38,737 nt of DNA from Promethearchaeota archaeon Loki_b32. GTDB lineage: Archaea; Asgardarchaeota; Lokiarchaeia; Sigyniarchaeales; SOKP01. The notes below the pieces were generated by a model. The model did not search any database. It had not been told where the DNA came from and was given only the letters and a program-made list of their open reading frames with translations. Positions 35,784 to 38,737 of this stretch are shown here, in pieces; within the stretch, counting starts at the first letter, position 1; the number at the start of each line of letters is the position of its first letter. The translations under genes were made by a program, and so were the position numbers. The DNA lies in NCBI GenBank assembly GCA_005223125.1, contig NJBH01000036.1:1-38737 (forward strand), written 5' to 3'.

Positions 35784-37562
35784 TTAGTTGGTAGTCCATA
35801 TGACAATATCACCATCTTCTAAATTGTATTTATTAGCTGATACTCCTGGAGATATATCATTAACAGAATAAAGCCAGCCTTTTTCAATGCCATTAACACT
35901 TTCTACAATAATTCCCCTTTCACCATAATCAGTGATTTCAACCTCACACCATTTAGATAATGCATCAAATGCCGTTGTATCGTAATCTGATAACGTAAAA
36001 TTTTCCCATGTCGCTATTGTTCCATTTCCGTAATCAACTATTAGAGTTATGTCACTAACTTCTCTTAAAGGTGTATTTACTTCACCGACTTCTATACTAG
36101 AAGTAAAAACGAAAAATGATGTAAAACTAGCTACAGCTATAACTGCAATTAATATGTATTTATTGAATTTCTTTAAATCTGTTTTGAATCTTGATGCTAT
36201 AAGAGAACCAGCAATTATCAGAATACTTATCGAAATAATAACTATATAAGGAAGAATTTTTAGGAAAAAATTTGGAGTTGGACTAATTTCTTCTCCCGTT
36301 GATTCCCATGGCACGTAATCATCTATTGTCATTTCAAGTAAATAATCCCCTATTGAGGTATAAGCCCAAAGTAATAGTCCTGTTCGTTTCTCGTAAATCA
36401 AACTTGTCTCTTGTTCTCCATCAGTTTGATCAAATGTGATTTTAATAATTAAGGGCGTTTCTTCGATTGTAACTAAGCCATTTGCGAAACCTGATGCTTC
36501 TTGGATTGCTAATATCTTTACTCTTGTTAAATTATCAATAATTTGTAGAAGTAAACCAGGTTGGAAGTAGTTGTACCCTAGTGTAAAAGCCCAACCCAAC
36601 TCACTATTAGATCTATTAGCTATTGTAAAATTTGTCGTTAAAATACCAGTTTTATTCTCTACTATTTCAATATCAAACCAAGGAATTGGATCATCTATTA
36701 CATTACCCCAATCATTTGGATCTTTATTATAATAGCCCGTTAAATTAGCAATTATCTGCCCTCCAGAATTGGTATTCCAATCTCCCTCAAATCCTCCTGT
36801 TAAATTATACCAACCTGTAGCTCCACTAAATTGGATGACATTATAAATAAAGCTATCCCCAAGGGTAAAATTTAATGATTTTATTTCAAGTAAATATCCC
36901 AAAACACTTGTTTTCGCCCAAACCAACAACCCCGTCCACTTATCATATATTAAGTAGGTTTTTTGTTCTACTCCGCCAATCTGCTCAAAACCAACATAAA
37001 AGAAATTGTAACTTTCTTCAACATTTACATCTCCTATACTATAAAATCCTCCAGGATCAGATTGGTTTAAAGCTAGCTCTTTTATATATGTTAGATTTTC
37101 ATTCGGTATTAAAAATCCCGGTTGGAAATTGTTATATCCGAGAGCAAGAGCTCTCGAAACTTCGCTATTGGATTTATTGCTTAATGTAAAATTTGTGTTG
37201 AGAACTCCCAGATTATTCTCTAATATTTCAATGTCAAACCAAGGGATTGGATCTTCGAAAATGTTTCCCCAATCACCTGACTCTTTATTGTAAAAATCCG
37301 TAAAGTTAATTACAATTTGACCATTAGTATTAGTCTTCCAATCTCCTTCATATGAATCAGGCCATGGAGAAAAATTGTACCATGCTGCAGTATCACCGAA
37401 TTGAAGTACTTCATATACATAGGTATCATTAAAATTGAGATTTTGGGAATATGATTCCGGAATAGTTGGAACAGCCTTTACTAAAGGGATAGAACCGGCA
37501 TAGAGTAATTGAATAAATATTAAAATCGAAATGAAGTATATTGCTTTTTTAGGATTTTTCAT
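35784..37562 (-). CDS. Cell-surface protein: signal peptide, two ~190-aa repeats, 2 TM, C-terminal DUF4430-like domain
   Basis: Repeats Y.V.QF...WYN...EGDW.TN..GQI...DPIPWFDIEI; C-terminal TAFDAL...VESVNG...WLYSVND...Y.L.DGD.V.W. Confidence 0.75.
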   Translation of the reverse strand: MKNPKKAIYFISILIFIQLLYAGSIPLVKAVPTIPESYSQNLNFNDTYVYEVLQFGDTAAWYNFSPWPDSYEGDWKTNTNGQIVINFTDFYNKESGDWGNIFEDPIPWFDIEILENNLGVLNTNFTLSNKSNSEVSRALALGYNNFQPGFLIPNENLTYIKELALNQSDPGGFYSIGDVNVEESYNFFYVGFEQIGGVEQKTYLIYDKWTGLLVWAKTSVLGYLLEIKSLNFTLGDSFIYNVIQFSGATGWYNLTGGFEGDWNTNSGGQIIANLTGYYNKDPNDWGNVIDDPIPWFDIEIVENKTGILTTNFTIANRSNSELGWAFTLGYNYFQPGLLLQIIDNLTRVKILAIQEASGFANGLVTIEETPLIIKITFDQTDGEQETSLIYEKRTGLLLWAYTSIGDYLLEMTIDDYVPWESTGEEISPTPNFFLKILPYIVIISISILIIAGSLIASRFKTDLKKFNKYILIAVIAVASFTSFFVFTSSIEVGEVNTPLREVSDITLIVDYGNGTIATWENFTLSDYDTTAFDALSKWCEVEITDYGERGIIVESVNGIEKGWLYSVNDISPGVSANKYNLEDGDIVIWTTN

Positions 37563-37730
37563 TGATTTTATTCACGTTTTTCTAAAAATTTTTGTTAACT
37601 TAGATTTTATTTATAGGATAAGTTACCTAGGAAACTTAACCTAGATAAAAATAATATTATTTCTTTTTTTAATATTTCGATAATCCAAATAATGCTATTA
37701 AAATGAAGAGGTTTGAAAGAGAAGAAGTTC

Positions 37731-38076
37731 CACTCGACAGAAAAGAAAAAGCGTGATCGTCTTAGTCGTGAAAACCGACTTCAAAAAGCCGAAGGCGCGC
37801 TGACCAATTTGATCGGAAAGCTCAACCACCGGAAGCTCAAGACCGAAAAACAAATACTGGAGCGCGTCGATATTAGACCAATATAAGGTAGAATCCTTCT
37901 ATCACATCAACCTTTTGAAGTTAAAACAGTCATACTCCGTGCAAGCGGGAAAAGGGAGACCCGGAAAGCACACCCGATACGTTACTCGACATAAGACGAT
38001 CTACTCCTTGGCGTGGACGAGGAACGACAGAGCACTCAAGAACGAGCAACGATTGGACGGCGTATTTCCACTGGTT
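37731..38076 (+). mobile_element. IS1634-like (IS4 superfamily) transposase internal fragment, frameshifted
   Basis: HSTEKKKRDRLSRENRLQKAEGAL..KLNHRKLKT / GKGRPGKHTRY...YSLAW...EQRLDGVFPLV; GC content jumps; family call from recalled motifs. Confidence 0.6.
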
Positions 38077-38504
38077 TGCCCGTCCACTGTGGAATTTTTG
38101 TTTGAATGCGATATTGACAGGTTTGTTGTACAGCTGTTTTCTGAAATTCTGATAGGTGGTGCCTGGAGTACATACGACCATTTTACCGCCGGGCCAGGAT
38201 ACAGCCATTCGTCTCTCACCCTCGGCTAACCACTTGCCGGACTGAAAATATTGTTCCCGATATTTTCGAAAAAGTAGAGACCATTCGACGGCTTGTCGCT
38301 GGTGGAGACCAGCAGGTCGGTATCCCCATCCTGGTCCCAGTCAACCGGGATAGGATTGGCCCAGAGACCTACACCCAGATCAACGATCAGGTCGGGATTG
38401 TTATATTTTAAACGAATGGTTTCCGGACTGTCAATATCTTTAAACCTACCGGTAGAGGTACTGGATACAAAAGCCGTTACTAGCAATAAATAGTACAAAT
38501 TCAT
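38059..38504 (-). pseudogene. Truncated, frameshifted secreted FG-GAP/VCBS repeat protein (bacterial-like)
   Basis: Signal peptide, VDLGVGLWANPIPVDWDQDGDTDLLVS; continues in another frame near 38230 to ...GRANQWKYA. Confidence 0.55.
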
Positions 38505-38516
38505 TTTTGTGGTGCT

Positions 38517-38735
38517 TTATTCAATAAATCCGTGATGACATGCCATATAATATGGTAGAAGATATATGGTCCCTTCATGTTCGGAATAACCGCTTCCTTC
38601 TGTTGCATCAAGGGCGAATCCATCACGATCCAGCCTCACATGACAACGTTCATCAATGGGCAGGGCTTTCCCGTCAACATGCCAGCCTGTTTTTTGCAGG
38701 TGCTCATCTGCCTGTTCAAATGTGTTATCCGGACG
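38517..38735 (-). CDS. C-terminal part of a bacterial-like hypothetical protein (runs off the window)
   Basis: ...ALPIDERCHVRLDRDGFALDATEGSGYSEHEGTIYLLPYYMACHHGFIE*. Confidence 0.5.
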   Translation of the reverse strand, partial: RPDNTFEQADEHLQKTGWHVDGKALPIDERCHVRLDRDGFALDATEGSGYSEHEGTIYLLPYYMACHHGFIE

Positions 38736-38737
38736 TT

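Noticed and set aside
1971-37189. Antisense or overlapping short ORFs in the track (e.g. 1971..2321, 5582..5830, 12200..12496, 12857..13192, 19876..20190, 33322..33678, 36875..37189)
   Set aside because: Shadow frames of well-supported genes, with no motifs.

Overview
AT-rich archaeal chromosome segment, most likely Asgard (Lokiarchaeia-like). This is inferred from archaeal ribosomal/SecY genes, a selenocysteine system (9/4-fold tRNA-Sec next to SepSecS, plus SelB) and eukaryotic-signature-type genes (Vps28-like, roadblock, small GTPase, Yip1). Main finding: two protein-coding genes missing from the ORF track are each interrupted by a short, frame-breaking insert (28 and 29 nt). They are ribosomal protein uL11 (12338..12860) and a 56-aa zinc-ribbon protein (1408..1607). 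Each insert folds into a bulge-helix-bulge (BHB) motif, and cutting at the canonical EndA positions restores the frame and a sensible protein. This points to tRNA-type mRNA splicing. The three tRNA genes carry seven more BHB introns: Ser(GGA) two, Ile(UAU) three, Sec(UCA) two. Also present: probable ATA/ATT start codons, a candidate ncRNA after the L11-L1-L10-L12 operon, and a LAGLIDADG gene with a nonsense codon next to tRNA-Sec. The last ~1 kb is GC-richer and bacterial-looking (IS1634-like and FG-GAP fragments) and is probably chimeric assembly. All folds and family calls were made by eye, with no searches run.
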